From Candidatus Multivoradales bacterium (GTDB lineage: Bacteria > Acidobacteriota > Thermoanaerobaculia > Multivoradales > JAHEKO01): DNA of 64,000 nucleotides. Positions 54,419 through 64,000 of the stretch are shown piece after piece (position 1 is the stretch's first letter; each line of letters starts with the position of its first letter). Under the pieces are notes generated by a model that saw nothing but the letters and a program-made list of their open reading frames with translations, made no database searches and was not told the DNA's origin. Where the stretch lies: positions 1-64,000 of the forward strand of contig CBDCVR010000013.1 in assembly GCA_965223155.1 (NCBI GenBank), given 5' to 3'. The position numbers were made by a program, and so were the translations under genes.

Positions 54419-55417
54419 GTGACGGCGGCTGGTTCGTCCGTGGGTAGCCCGGGCCGGGTGCTCTTGACCGGTGCCCGCGGCTTTCTGGGCCGGGCGGTCC
54501 TGGAGCGGCTGGTCGCGGGTGGTTGGCAGGTCGATGCCGTGACCTCAACTCCCGACGGTACCGACATCGGCGAGTCCGAGACCCCGTGCGGAGACGGGAC
54601 CCGGGTCTGCTGGCACCGGACGGATCTCCTCGAGCCGGGCGCCGGCCGGCGACTGATGGAGCAGAGCGGCGCCGAGGCGCTCATCCATCTGGCTTGGGCG
54701 CCCAACCGGGGCGTCTACGAGTCTCCGGCGAACCTAACGTGGATGCGGGCATCGATGGAACTGGTCGAAGCCTTTGCCGAGTCCGGAGGACGCCGGGCCG
54801 TCCTGGCCGGAAGCTCGGCGGAGTATGACTGGCGTCACGGGGTCTGCAGCGAGGGTCGGACGCCGCTCGCCGGAGGCGGCGTGTACGGTGCGACCAAGCG
54901 AGCGTTGGGCGAGTGGTTCGCCGCCGCCAGCCGCGTCCACGAGCTGTCCGGCGCCTGGGCGCGGACCTTCTTTCTCTTCGGCCCGCACGAGCCGGGCGGG
55001 AGGCTGGTGGCGTCGGTGGCTCGGTCGCTTCTGGCCGGGGACACCGCTCGCTGCTCCTCCGGCGTCCAGGTGCGCGACTACCTGTACGTCGGTGATGCCG
55101 CCGACGCTCTGGTGCGCCTCTTGGAATCGGAGCTCACCGGCCCGGTCAACGTCGGGTCGGGACGGCCGCGCAGGGTGCGCGACCTGGTTACCGCCCTGGC
55201 CGAGCGTTGCCAGGCCGCCGGTGGAACCGGCAGGGTAGAGTTGGGAGCGCTCGAAGCGGTCGCCGGCGAGGCGCCTCTCGTCCTGGCCGACGTCGGCAGA
55301 CTCCGAGACGAGCTCGGCTGGTCGCCGCCGGTGGGATTCTCCGCCGGCCTGGATCGAACCGTCACATGGTGGCAGAACCAACTCGCTACGAGCCGTACTA
55401 CGAAGTCGTCCGCTTGA
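54419..55417 (+). CDS. NAD-dependent epimerase/dehydratase
   Basis: LTGARGFLG, HLAW, YGATK (YxxxK), RDYLYVGD; start uncertain. Confidence 0.85.
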   Translation: MTAAGSSVGSPGRVLLTGARGFLGRAVLERLVAGGWQVDAVTSTPDGTDIGESETPCGDGTRVCWHRTDLLEPGAGRRLMEQSGAEALIHLAWAPNRGVYESPANLTWMRASMELVEAFAESGGRRAVLAGSSAEYDWRHGVCSEGRTPLAGGGVYGATKRALGEWFAAASRVHELSGAWARTFFLFGPHEPGGRLVASVARSLLAGDTARCSSGVQVRDYLYVGDAADALVRLLESELTGPVNVGSGRPRRVRDLVTALAERCQAAGGTGRVELGALEAVAGEAPLVLADVGRLRDELGWSPPVGFSAGLDRTVTWWQNQLATSRTTKSSA

Positions 55418-55737
55418 TCCCGGAGGGCAGGGTCGCCACCTATGGGCAGGTGGCGTTTCTGGCCGGGCGGCCCGGACGAGCACGTCACGTGGGTCGAGCT
55501 CTGCGCAGCCTGCCGGAGGAGCACGACGTGCCCTGGCATCGGGTGCTGAACGCCCAGGGCCGGATCAGTCAGCGAGGCCTTGGCGACAGCGAGCACCTGC
55601 AACGGATCCTGCTCGAGGGGGAAGGCGTGCGTTTCAGCGATGCCGGCATCGTCAGCCTGAAGCGCTTCCGATGGGAGCCGCGGAGACAGCGATCCGCGGG
55701 CCGTTCGGCGGCCAGAAACGGGAGGGGCGAGCCTTGA
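55366..55737 (+). CDS. Alkyltransferase-like (ATL) DNA base-flipping protein, MGMT family
   Basis: IPEGRVATYGQVA, PWHRV (Trp replaces the catalytic Cys), LLEGEG. Confidence 0.85.
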   Translation: MVAEPTRYEPYYEVVRLIPEGRVATYGQVAFLAGRPGRARHVGRALRSLPEEHDVPWHRVLNAQGRISQRGLGDSEHLQRILLEGEGVRFSDAGIVSLKRFRWEPRRQRSAGRSAARNGRGEP

Positions 55738-56738
55738 GGTCGCGCTGGGGTTTCGTTGCTGTTTCGGTCGCGGCGGCCCTGGCCGTCGCGGCGCCAGCCC
55801 GCTCCTTCGAAACCGATCAATTTCTCGCGCTCACGGCCGAGATTGAGGATTCGGCGCCGGTCCTGAACGAGTTCCTGAACGCGGAGCTGGCCGCGCTCCT
55901 GGCTCAGGAGAAGACGGCGGATCTGCCGTGTACCGGGGTCACGAGCCGCTACTTCCGGCGGCTTTTTCAGGGCCTCCACGCTTCGCGCTTTCAGCGGTTC
56001 TTGAAGAGCGAGCCGGCGGTGGATCTCTTCCCCGACGACCTCGGTTACTGGGAGCACCTTCGCCGTAGCATCTATCGGGATCCCGCGTTTCCATTCGTCT
56101 TGCCGCTGTCGCCCACGATTCGGGTCGGTGAGGTGCGCTTCGGCCTTGACAAGTTCGGGCATCTATTCGGCTTTGGGCGCCGGTACTACCAGCGGTATCT
56201 GGAGCTCCGCCGGCGCGGTCTGACGGAGGAGGAGGCCTTGCGCAAAGTGGTGGTGCGCGGCATCCGCCAGGAGCGTTTCTTCCTCGGCGGGATCGCCGAC
56301 GGCGTCTTCTCCTACGCCGACCTCGAGGCCAACTACCAAGGGCTGGTCATGGCTCGCTCGTTTTGCGAGGCGGATCCCGAGGTCGAGACCGAACCGCTCC
56401 TCACGCGGGTCGATGGCGGTTGGAGGGCGGCGCGAGACCTGGATCTTCGCCGTTTCGTCACCCCCAGCTTCGACGAGTCGTTCAATACGAACCACTACAC
56501 CTGGATGCGGCGAAGCAACGTGCGCCGGATTCTTACGGTCGAGCACTGCGGTCCCTGGGCGTCGGAGGTCGTGCAAGAGCGATTCACGCGGTATCGACGG
56601 CTCGACCGCCCCAGCTTGGCCCGGGACGTGGTGGCCGAGTACTTCGCGCGCCGGAACTCGGCGATGCAGCAGGAGCAGGCGATGGAGACGATCTGCGGCG
56701 GAGGCGGCGAGAAGACGACTGTGCCGTCCGCCAGGTAG
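55734..56738 (+). CDS. Hypothetical secreted protein
   Basis: Signal peptide followed by FETDQF; GLDKFGHLF and FSYADLEANYQG segments; TTG start overlapping the upstream stop. Confidence 0.7.
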   Translation: MRSRWGFVAVSVAAALAVAAPARSFETDQFLALTAEIEDSAPVLNEFLNAELAALLAQEKTADLPCTGVTSRYFRRLFQGLHASRFQRFLKSEPAVDLFPDDLGYWEHLRRSIYRDPAFPFVLPLSPTIRVGEVRFGLDKFGHLFGFGRRYYQRYLELRRRGLTEEEALRKVVVRGIRQERFFLGGIADGVFSYADLEANYQGLVMARSFCEADPEVETEPLLTRVDGGWRAARDLDLRRFVTPSFDESFNTNHYTWMRRSNVRRILTVEHCGPWASEVVQERFTRYRRLDRPSLARDVVAEYFARRNSAMQQEQAMETICGGGGEKTTVPSAR

Positions 56739-56834
56739 GCACCGCGGTCAAGATCGAGTGCCCGCCGCCTGCAAGGCGAGAATCGGGCGACCTGGTGGGG
56801 CGTGTCGAAGTCCAGGCCGCTGTAGACTTCGCTG

Positions 56835-57821
56835 ATGAACTTCGGCTCGCCGTCTCGCTCCACTTGTCTCGCTGTCTTCCTTGTACTCGTCCTTGGGGTC
56901 GCCTGCGCTCCGGGCCCGCCCGAGGCATCCACCGATGGATCGACCGATGGGTCCAATGGCGCCGCGGCCGAGGCTCGGCCTTCCGAAGTCGACGCCGAGC
57001 ATGTCGCCGCGGTCGAGGCGTGGCGAGCCAAGCGAGACGCCAGCCTGCGGAAGGAAGATGGCTGGTTGAGTCTGGTGGGGCTCTTCTGGCTGGACGAGGG
57101 CGCCAACTCCTTCGGCTCCGGTCCGGACAACGATTTGGTGTTTCCCGCCGGGACGATCGCGGAGGCCGCGGGCGTGTTGCGCCGCACCGGACAGACCGTG
57201 GAGCTCGAGCCGGCCGAGGGCGTCGAATTGACGGTGGACGGCGAGGCGGTCGAGGGTTCGCGCGAGCTGGTCTCCGACGTCGCGGGTGCGGACTACTCCC
57301 GAGTCGAGCACGGTTCGCTCCTCTTCTATGTCATCGAGCGGGGTGAGCTCGTGGGCATTCGATTGAAGGACAGCCAGAGCCGGGCGCTTGCCGAGTTCAC
57401 GGGCATGGAGAGTTTCCCGATCGACCCGAGCTGGAGAATCGAAGCCGACTACGAGCCTTATGACGAGCCCAGGAGCCTGCGAATCCCGAACATCCTGGGG
57501 ACCTCATCCGAGGCCGAGATCCTGGGCGCGGTTTCGTTCGAGCGAGACGGCCAGCGCTACGTGCTCCAGGGCACGGGCAGCCCGGAGACGTGGTTCTTCC
57601 TGGTTTTCGGTGACGAGACCAACGGGGTCGAGACCTATGGAGCCGGCCGGTTCGTCTATACCGAGCCGGTGCGCGAGGACGGCAAAGTCATGGTGGATTT
57701 CAACGTTGCCTACAACCCGCCGTGTGTCTTCACGCCGTTCGCGACCTGTCCGCTGCCGCCGCCCGAGAACAAGCTGCCGATCCGGATCGAGGCGGGCGAG
57801 ACGTCGTATCAGGGCCACTGA
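56835..57821 (+). CDS. DUF1684 domain protein, probable lipoprotein
   Basis: GWLSLVGLFWL, DETNGVETYGAGRF, DFNVAYNPPCVFTPFATCP; lipobox-like GVAC. Confidence 0.88.
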   Translation: MNFGSPSRSTCLAVFLVLVLGVACAPGPPEASTDGSTDGSNGAAAEARPSEVDAEHVAAVEAWRAKRDASLRKEDGWLSLVGLFWLDEGANSFGSGPDNDLVFPAGTIAEAAGVLRRTGQTVELEPAEGVELTVDGEAVEGSRELVSDVAGADYSRVEHGSLLFYVIERGELVGIRLKDSQSRALAEFTGMESFPIDPSWRIEADYEPYDEPRSLRIPNILGTSSEAEILGAVSFERDGQRYVLQGTGSPETWFFLVFGDETNGVETYGAGRFVYTEPVREDGKVMVDFNVAYNPPCVFTPFATCPLPPPENKLPIRIEAGETSYQGH

Positions 57822-58011
57822 CCAGGCCGCTGGCCAAGAGTTGGCCTCCAAGGCATGACGCTGGGTTCGCCGGCCCCGAGGGCCCGTTTTCGGACCGTCC
57901 TGGACGGTGCCGAAGCTCGGGAGCCGGCGGCCAATTCTTGATAGCCTTCGGCCGGCCGCCACGCGGCGGCTCGAGCATCACCACCTCGAACTTCGCAATC
58001 CACCCCCTGTT

Positions 58012-59340
58012 ATGCCGGAGAGACAAGACGTCGTCCTAGGTGGAGGCTTGGCCGGTCTCTCGGCCGCCTACACGCTCCAGACTTCCGGTCAGGAGGGTTG
58101 GCAGATCTACGAGCGCGAGGAGCGGGTCGGTGGGCTGGCGCGTACCCAGGTGGTGGACGGCTACCGGTTCGACTACGGGCCGCACATCCTGTTCACCATC
58201 GACGAGGAGATGCGCGAGCTGATTCAGGATCTTCTGGGCGAGAACTTCCACGCTCAGGAGCGCGAGGCGTACATCTATCACCGGGCCCACGATCTCTACA
58301 CGCGGTTTCCGTTTCAGGCCCACCTCTACGGCTTGCCGGTTCCGATCGTGCGCGAGTGCCTGGTGGGCCTGGTGGACGCGGTTCAGGCGCAGGCCCGTGG
58401 CGAGTTCGAGCCGGCCAATTACGAGGAGTGGATGTCCGGGTTCTTCGGCGAGGGCATCGCCAAGCACCTGATGATGCCCTACGCCAGAAAGATCTGGACG
58501 GTCGAGCCGTCGAGCATGGATTTCAGCTGGATCGGGCGCCGGGTGCCGACGCCCAATGTCGAGCGGATCCTCCAGGGCGCGCTTACCGACGAGGTCGATC
58601 AGGTCGGCGCGACCTCCAAGTTCTGGTACACGAAGCGCGGCGGCATCGAGCCTCTACCTAAGGCATTGGGCGAGCGGGTCTCGAACATCCATCTCGAACG
58701 CGCCGCGGTCAAGATCGAGCTGCCGGAAAAGCAGGTGGTCTTCGCCGACGGCGAGGTCGTCCGTTTCGATCGGATGATCTACACGCTGCCGCTTCCCTTC
58801 CTGCCGCGCTTCGTGGACAACCTGCCACCTGAGGTCGAACGGGCGTGCGACGGACTTCGCTACCAGGGAATCTACTGCGTCAACCTGGGCATCGATCGCG
58901 AGAAGATCTCGGACAAGCACTGGATCTACTACTACGAAGACGAGTTTCCGTTTCACCGGCTGTCCTTGCCGGCGAACTTCAGCCCCGACACCGTGCCCGC
59001 CGGCAAGAGCTCGATCTCCACCGAGGTCGCGTTCTCGGACGTTCGTCCCCTGGACCGCGACACCGCGGTCGAGCAGACCATCGCCGGGCTCAAGGCCGCC
59101 CGGCTCATCGATGACGGTGACACAATCGAATTGGTCCATACGGAGGAGATCTATCCGGCGTATGTGATCTACGATCTGGATCACAGCCGGAACGTGGAGA
59201 CGATTCGAACGTGGCTGCGCCAGCACGACATCTGGAACGTCGGACGCTTCGGAGAATGGCAGTACTTCAACATGGATCACTCGATGCGGAGCGGGCGGCG
59301 CGCGGCCGAAGAGATCCTTGGAGTGGGGGCCTCGGGCTGA
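58012..59340 (+). CDS. FAD-dependent oxidoreductase, UDP-galactopyranose mutase/protoporphyrinogen oxidase-like
   Basis: GGGLAGL, VGGLART, DYGPHILF, PYARKIW, GRFGEWQYFNMDHS; start trimmed from 57907. Confidence 0.8.
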   Translation: MPERQDVVLGGGLAGLSAAYTLQTSGQEGWQIYEREERVGGLARTQVVDGYRFDYGPHILFTIDEEMRELIQDLLGENFHAQEREAYIYHRAHDLYTRFPFQAHLYGLPVPIVRECLVGLVDAVQAQARGEFEPANYEEWMSGFFGEGIAKHLMMPYARKIWTVEPSSMDFSWIGRRVPTPNVERILQGALTDEVDQVGATSKFWYTKRGGIEPLPKALGERVSNIHLERAAVKIELPEKQVVFADGEVVRFDRMIYTLPLPFLPRFVDNLPPEVERACDGLRYQGIYCVNLGIDREKISDKHWIYYYEDEFPFHRLSLPANFSPDTVPAGKSSISTEVAFSDVRPLDRDTAVEQTIAGLKAARLIDDGDTIELVHTEEIYPAYVIYDLDHSRNVETIRTWLRQHDIWNVGRFGEWQYFNMDHSMRSGRRAAEEILGVGASG

Positions 59341-59344
59341 GGCC

Positions 59345-60352
59345 ATGGCGGGCGCGCGCCCGGGGCGCCGAACGGTGACCGGCGGGCGCCACCCGGAGGG
59401 CGAGAGGTCGGGACCGAGCACGAGAGGCCAGGTCCCTGCCGCGGTTGCGGTCATCCTCGTCAACTGGAACAACTCCGAGGACAGCTTGCACGTTCTCGCT
59501 CAGCTCGACGGCGTCGGGCTGGCGCCGGGCCGGGAGCTGCGCCACGTGGTGGTCGACAACGCCTCGACCGACGGTTCGGCCGAACGAATTCGTGCCGAGC
59601 GTCCCGACGTTCGCCTGATCGAGGCCGGAGCCAACGACGGCTTCGCCGCCGGTAACGTGATCGGCATCCGGGAGGCCGTTCGCGAGCCCGGCGTCGGCTG
59701 GGTTCTCATCATCAACAGCGACGTGACCGTGTCGCCTGATTTCTTGGAGCCCTTGATCGAAGCCTGTAGCGAGCCAGAAGTAGCCGCGGCGTCGCCCAGG
59801 ATCTACTACGAGGAACCGAAAGATCGGCTCTGGGCCGCCGGAGGCCTGCTGCGCCTGCGGGAAACCGTGACTCGCGAGCTGGGTCGGGATCGACCGGACG
59901 GGCCGCCTTTCGACCGGCCGCGAGACGTGACGTATCTCACCACTTGTTGCCTCTTGGTCTCGGTCGAAGCTCTCGAAACCGTGGGTCTCTTTGATCCGCT
60001 GTACTTCATCTGCGTGGAAGACGCCGACTGGTGCCGGCGCGCGGCTTTGGCCGGATACCGGCTCCGATACGTTCCCGAGAGCCGGATCTGGCACCGGGTG
60101 TCGGCGTCGACCGGAGGCGGCTATACCCCGCTGCGCACGTACCACACGGCCCGTTCGAACGCCCTCTTCGTGCGTCGCCACCACGGCGCGGCGGGCCTGG
60201 CGTACTTTGTGGCCGTGTGTCTGGCGGCACTGCCGGTAGCTTTCGTGCGCGAGCTCTTTCACGGCAACACCCGCGCGGTCTGGGCCAAGGCACGCGGCCT
60301 TTGGCGGGGGCTGCGCGATCCTCTGACGCAGCCGCCGCCGCTGTCGGAGTAG
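59345..60352 (+). CDS. Glycosyltransferase family 2
   Basis: VILVNWN, VVDNASTDGS, NDGFAAGN, INSD, EDADWC. Confidence 0.9.
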   Translation: MAGARPGRRTVTGGRHPEGERSGPSTRGQVPAAVAVILVNWNNSEDSLHVLAQLDGVGLAPGRELRHVVVDNASTDGSAERIRAERPDVRLIEAGANDGFAAGNVIGIREAVREPGVGWVLIINSDVTVSPDFLEPLIEACSEPEVAAASPRIYYEEPKDRLWAAGGLLRLRETVTRELGRDRPDGPPFDRPRDVTYLTTCCLLVSVEALETVGLFDPLYFICVEDADWCRRAALAGYRLRYVPESRIWHRVSASTGGGYTPLRTYHTARSNALFVRRHHGAAGLAYFVAVCLAALPVAFVRELFHGNTRAVWAKARGLWRGLRDPLTQPPPLSE

Positions 60353-60401
60353 CAGCGTTTCAACAGATTTCGCGAGTCTCCGCGGTGTCCAGCGATCAGG
60401 A

Positions 60402-60980
60402 TCAGTCCGGGCTCTCGATGGGAGGCGAATCGGGCTCTGCCGGGGAAGACTCGGCAGCCGAGGACTCCAGCGGCCGGCTGGTTGCCGGAGCGCCGACCGC
60501 TAGGGAGTTCGCCGGAACATCCGAGGTGACCACCGCGTTGGCGGCGATGAAGGAATCGTCACCGATCCGGATGCCGCCGAGGAGCTTGGCGCCTGCACCG
60601 ACGGTGACGCGGTTGCCCAGGGTCGGACAGGAGGTTTCGCTAAAGCGGGCTTCGCCCAGGGTGACGCCTTGCAACAGCGTGCAGTCGCTTCCCAGGATGG
60701 ACTCGCCGCCAATGACGATGCCGACGCCGTGTGGGATGTAGAGGCCAGGTCCGATCTGGGCTTGGGGCAGGATGTCGATGCCGCTCAGGCCGATCGCGCA
60801 GCGTCGGCACACCGCCGGCAACAGAGGAATTCCCCAGCGCTTCAGCGTCGCGGCCAGGCGGTGGGCCAGGATTGCCTGGAAGCCGGCGTCCAAGAGGCCG
60901 GCATCGAAGAACGTCCGCCAGAAGCCCCAGCCCTTGATCTCGCGGAGTCTGCGAAAGTCCCGGCTGAGGTTAGGCCACAT
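60402..60980 (-). CDS. Serine O-acetyltransferase-like hexapeptide acetyltransferase
   Basis: IGPGLYIPHGVGIVIG, QGVTLG, GAGAKLLG, AANAVV. Confidence 0.85.
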   Translation of the reverse strand: MWPNLSRDFRRLREIKGWGFWRTFFDAGLLDAGFQAILAHRLAATLKRWGIPLLPAVCRRCAIGLSGIDILPQAQIGPGLYIPHGVGIVIGGESILGSDCTLLQGVTLGEARFSETSCPTLGNRVTVGAGAKLLGGIRIGDDSFIAANAVVTSDVPANSLAVGAPATSRPLESSAAESSPAEPDSPPIESPD

Positions 60981-61776
60981 GAGGTTTCGATCGAAGCGAC
61001 CGCAGTGATTGCAGAAGGCCCAGGCGCGGCAGACGCCGCCACAGGTGGTACCAGCCCGTGGCCTGAAGCCTGAATTCTACCCGGCTGGCTCCGGCCACCA
61101 CGACCGCTCGGGGCAGCGCGTAGGGTCGGCCGCGACCTACTCCCGGCTGGCCGTAGACGCTGACCGCGCCCCGGTAGCCGGCCTCGTCGCAGGCGGCTCG
61201 GGCCTCGGGCCCGAAGTGCCCGTAGGGATAGCAGAAGGTCTCGACGGGATCGCCGACCGCGCTCTCGAGTGCCTGCTTGGCATCGCGGATCTCGCGGTCG
61301 AGGGCGTCCGGAGCCGCCTGGCCGAGGTCGAGGTGGCTCGCCGAGTGGCAGCCGATCTCGAAGCCCTCCGCTGCCAGGGTGCGAAGCTCGGAAGCATCGA
61401 GGAGTTCTTCGGGCCGCTCGCCGCATTCCTGGTCCCAGCGGTTGGAACCGCCCAGCTCGTCAGTAACGGCGAAGAGTGTCGCGGTCATGCCCCGACGCTC
61501 GAGCTCTGGCAGGGCATGTTCGAGAAAGCACTTGCAGCCGTCGTCGAAGGTGAGGACGACTTGGCGCCCGGATGCTGCGGGATCCGATCCCGAGCGCCAG
61601 GCCCTGAGAGCCCGCGCGAGGGTGACGGTCTCGATGCGGTGGGCTTGGAGCCAGTCGAGCTGGCCGGCGAACTCGGACCGGCCGAGATAGCCGCCGGTGT
61701 GAACCGGCGCCGGGTCGAGCGGGCGCGGCTCGACGTGGTGGTACATGAGGATGGGGACGCGCAGGGGGCCGCTCAT
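60970..61776 (-). CDS. Polysaccharide deacetylase (NodB/IcaB-like)
   Basis: PILMYHHV, LTFDDG, GCHSASH, FCYPYG; start trimmed to ATG 61776. Confidence 0.88.
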   Translation of the reverse strand: MSGPLRVPILMYHHVEPRPLDPAPVHTGGYLGRSEFAGQLDWLQAHRIETVTLARALRAWRSGSDPAASGRQVVLTFDDGCKCFLEHALPELERRGMTATLFAVTDELGGSNRWDQECGERPEELLDASELRTLAAEGFEIGCHSASHLDLGQAAPDALDREIRDAKQALESAVGDPVETFCYPYGHFGPEARAACDEAGYRGAVSVYGQPGVGRGRPYALPRAVVVAGASRVEFRLQATGWYHLWRRLPRLGLLQSLRSLRSKPHVA

Positions 61777-62930
61777 GACGCCGCCACCATCGATCGAAAG
61801 AGCCGCGCGTAGGCGTCGGCGGTGCGTTCGAAGGAGAAGCCCTCGGCCCGCCGCCTCGGAACGTCGTGCCATTGGCGTCGAAGAGCCTGCTCGAGACTCT
61901 CGGCGTAGGCATCGAGGTCTCCCGGCGGGAAGTAGGTCCCGGCCTCGCCGATCACCTCGCGGCGCACCGCGTCGTCGGGAGCCACGCAGGGCGTGTTGGC
62001 GGCGAGGGCTTCCAGATACACTAGGCCGAAGGCTTCGGTCTTGGAGGCCAACGTACAGCAGTCGGCGTGGGCATACCAGGCCGGCAGCTGGGCGCGAGGG
62101 ACCTGGAGACGGAGGTACCGGTCGGGTCCGAGAAGCTCGGCCGCAAGCTCATCCATGGCCCCTTGCAGCGGACCGTCGCCCAGAGCGACGAGGGTGCCGC
62201 GGCCGAGTCGAGCCATGGCTCCGATGGTGTGGTCCAGTTGCTTGTGTCCGTCGATGTGCCCCACGTAGAGGACGATCGGCCGCTCGAGTCCGGCGAGGCG
62301 GACCGGGGGAGAGGTCTCGGGCGTAAAGAGGTCTAGATCGACGCCGTGGGGGATCACCTCGATCGGCGCCCCGGGCGCGAGCTCGGCCAGCGTGCCCGCG
62401 AAAGTCTGTGTGAAGACGACAGTACGGTCGGGCTGGTTGCGGGCGAAGGCGCCCTCCCACTTGGCGCTGAGACCATGGGCGATGTCGACGAACGGCGTGC
62501 CGTGGCGCCGGCGCAGGGAGCGCGCGATCCAGCCACCGACGAGGCCGCCTTCCATCACGACGAGATCGTAGCGCCCACGAGCGAGCTTGGGCCACGCGTT
62601 GAGAGCGGCCGTCGCCCACTCGGTGTTGATCGGGTCCAGGAACAGGGTGTCGAGCGCCTTGCGCTTGAAGCTGAGGTTTCGATACGGCCACCAGATGAGC
62701 GGCGCGTCTCGGGGCAAGGCATGGATGCGCTGGTGGGGGATGTCGACCGCGCCGCGGCAGAGGAGCGTCGGGTCGATGCCGCGCCCCGGCAATGCACGGC
62801 AGAGCTCGAGGACGAAAGCCTCGGCTCCGCGGTGAACGACTCCGGCTCCGGGCATGACGAATGCCACGCGCAGGCGCTCTTCTTGCGGCTCGGTGGGACG
62901 CATCGGGTTCGGTGGGGCTGGCGGCGTCAT
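61773..62930 (-). CDS. Glycosyltransferase family 4
   Basis: GAEAF, IPHGVDL, EAFGLVYLEALA. Confidence 0.88.
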   Translation of the reverse strand: MTPPAPPNPMRPTEPQEERLRVAFVMPGAGVVHRGAEAFVLELCRALPGRGIDPTLLCRGAVDIPHQRIHALPRDAPLIWWPYRNLSFKRKALDTLFLDPINTEWATAALNAWPKLARGRYDLVVMEGGLVGGWIARSLRRRHGTPFVDIAHGLSAKWEGAFARNQPDRTVVFTQTFAGTLAELAPGAPIEVIPHGVDLDLFTPETSPPVRLAGLERPIVLYVGHIDGHKQLDHTIGAMARLGRGTLVALGDGPLQGAMDELAAELLGPDRYLRLQVPRAQLPAWYAHADCCTLASKTEAFGLVYLEALAANTPCVAPDDAVRREVIGEAGTYFPPGDLDAYAESLEQALRRQWHDVPRRRAEGFSFERTADAYARLFRSMVAAS

Positions 62931-64000
62931 GGTACCGGCGGCGCCCCGTCGGTCAGACCGTCTCCTCCCAGATCGCTCCGGAAGAACGTGCGGAACGGGC
63001 CGGCGAAGCGTTTGAGATAGATCGCGCCGGCGAGGGCCACGACCGCCAGCGAAGCGAAGAATCGCGGCCAGGTCTCAGCCGGGAAGACGACCGTCAGCGC
63101 CCAGAAGAAGGGCAGCGGCAGGAGGTAGATGAAGAGGAGATCCCGCGTCAGCCGGAAGAACTCGGGTCCGCAGATCTTCCAAACCCGCCAAGCCATCAAG
63201 AGGTTGCCCAGGAGCAGGTAGTGCGCCCAGGCCATGCCGCGGGTGCCGAGGCCGTTGCTGAGCAAGAGGCCGAAACCGAGCAGGCAGGCGAAGTTCGCGA
63301 TCACTACGGCCAGCCAAATCCGGTCCTTCCGAAGCACTTTGAGGAGCTCGCCGCCCAGCCGGCTGAACGGATCGACCAAGGGCAGGAAGCAGAGGATCTT
63401 GACCAAGCCGACGGCCGGGAGCCAGTTGCGGCCCAAGACGATCTCCAGGATGACGATCTCGGTGTTGAAGTAGAGGAAGTAGGCCACCAGTACCTCGACC
63501 GCCAGGATGGCCACGGTGCCTAGCCGGTAGGCGGACACCAGCCGGGGGCGATCGTTGACGTAGGCCACGAGCGCCGGATAGAGGGCTCGCACCAAGGCGG
63601 GGACGATCAGAATCTGCGCCCGGAGCGACCAAAGCAAGGCCTTCTCGTACTGTCCGACCATCTCGGTGGACTCGCGAAACTTGACGACGTAGCGTCCGAT
63701 GAAGGGCATGGTGTTGCCCAGAAGAGCGATCAGAAAGAGAAGAGAGCTGCGGCGCAGGAGATCCGGAACCAGGCTCCAGTTGAAGACCAGTGGAATCTCG
63801 GCGCGCGCCCGCAGCCACAGGAAACCGGCGTAGCAGAACATGGCCACGAGCTCTCCGGCGATCAGGCTCCAGACCCCGAAGCCGGCGAGCGCCAGCCCGA
63901 TCGATACCGAGGCCATGACGAAGCTGCGGGCGATCTCGGGGACAACGAGCTGGGTAACCCGAAGGTTGCGCTCGAAGAACACCCGAGGTACCACCGAGAG
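62927..64000 (-). CDS. Oligosaccharide flippase (Wzx/PST family), 5'-truncated by the window edge
   Basis: Multiple TMs, GFGVWSLIAG, VGQY, ALYPAL; located within a polysaccharide gene cluster. Confidence 0.78.
   Translation of the reverse strand, partial: LSVVPRVFFERNLRVTQLVVPEIARSFVMASVSIGLALAGFGVWSLIAGELVAMFCYAGFLWLRARAEIPLVFNWSLVPDLLRRSSLLFLIALLGNTMPFIGRYVVKFRESTEMVGQYEKALLWSLRAQILIVPALVRALYPALVAYVNDRPRLVSAYRLGTVAILAVEVLVAYFLYFNTEIVILEIVLGRNWLPAVGLVKILCFLPLVDPFSRLGGELLKVLRKDRIWLAVVIANFACLLGFGLLLSNGLGTRGMAWAHYLLLGNLLMAWRVWKICGPEFFRLTRDLLFIYLLPLPFFWALTVVFPAETWPRFFASLAVVALAGAIYLKRFAGPFRTFFRSDLGGDGLTDGAPPVP

Noticed and set aside
55366-55737. MGMT lacking the catalytic Cys as a pseudogene or novelty
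   Set aside because: PWHRV defines the known alkyltransferase-like (ATL) family.

Overview
GC-rich Gram-negative (LPS-making) bacterial chromosome segment; its gene content is reminiscent of Acidobacteriota/Thermoanaerobaculia-like lineages (inference only). Left arm (1-23 kb): GH20 hexosaminidase, an unusual response-regulator receiver/LpxC fusion, fused 2-oxoacid dehydrogenase E1, sufT, ilvA, a candidate structured ncRNA, allE-like cupin, M19 dipeptidase, TerC, and a TonB-dependent receptor directly upstream of a complete ccmABCDEFGHI operon. Centre (24.3-42.6 kb) is the most striking part. It is a head-to-tail array of ~1.6-kb cassettes, each pairing a truncated copy of the first 94 codons of a giant 2696-aa secreted multidomain protein with a translationally coupled secreted Asp-box (BNR) beta-propeller gene. 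The propeller copies are mosaics of a few swappable allele blocks, and the array ends in the intact giant gene. Right arm: acyl-CoA ligase, a sulfotransferase/2x alkaline-phosphatase-superfamily/small protein/DUF106-like cluster, assorted enzymes, and a surface polysaccharide locus running off the window. No rRNA, tRNA, CRISPR, transposase, integrase or reverse transcriptase was recognised. All family calls are from motif recognition by eye, not database searches.
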